Positions 63,659 to 64,000 of a stretch of 64,000 bases of DNA are shown in pieces. This stretch comes from Octopus vulgaris (taxonomy: Eukaryota), in contig OX597820.1 of assembly GCA_951406725.2 (NCBI GenBank), positions 118,358,001-118,422,000 on the forward strand, written 5' to 3'. Positions within the stretch are counted from its first letter, which is position 1; each line of letters begins with the position of its first letter. The position numbers and the translations under genes were made by a program. Under the pieces are notes generated by a model. It saw nothing but the letters and a program-made list of their open reading frames with translations, did no database searches and was not told the origin of the DNA.

Positions 63659-63738
63659 AAGGAGCACGTCCAAATATGTACGCATTAGACACCTACACAA
63701 ACACGCATTAACATATTGACAGACGCCATATATGTATG

Positions 63739-63777
<39 letters not shown>

Positions 63778-63935
63778 TCAGATATATACTCACTTATATA
63801 CACACACACATAAATATGTCTCTATGTGTGTTAGCGTGGTTGCATACATATTTTATAGGTGTACATGCATATGTATATATACATATATATATATATATTA
63901 TACTATATACATATACATTCATATATATATATATG

Positions 63936-64000
<65 letters not shown>
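63580..64000. repeat. (CA)n/(TA)n microsatellite region
   Basis: Directly visible. Confidence 0.95.

Overview
Repeat-saturated, AT-rich eukaryotic DNA with no recognisable host protein-coding gene. It looks intergenic or intronic, and the SINE families and microsatellite load suggest an octopus/coleoid cephalopod (inference from recall, not a database search). It is a mosaic of four element classes. (1) At least four tRNA-headed SINE families, called A, B, C and H here. (2) 5'-truncated or decayed non-LTR retrotransposons: R4/Dong-type with restriction-like endonuclease (one copy with a ~470-codon intact frame), several RTE-clade copies, and Penelope-like fragments. (3) Decayed DNA transposons: mariner, Tc1, hAT/Buster, a non-autonomous Helitron and MITEs. 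(4) Very long microsatellites, which generate most ORFs in the supplied track. The most interesting signal is family H: a tRNA-like Pol III head, an internal (AAT)n tract and a 3' tail carrying a minimal type I hammerhead ribozyme of the Penelope-like kind. One copy has a fold-back 5' end, one is fused to a Penelope endonuclease fragment, and two copies have R4/Dong elements at the (AAT)n tract. Two further unrelated hammerhead-bearing elements, an RTE/SINE pair sharing a 3' stem-loop in (TA)n, multimeric SINEs and a 64-bp target-site duplication were also seen. Coordinates were read by eye; boundaries of old elements are approximate.
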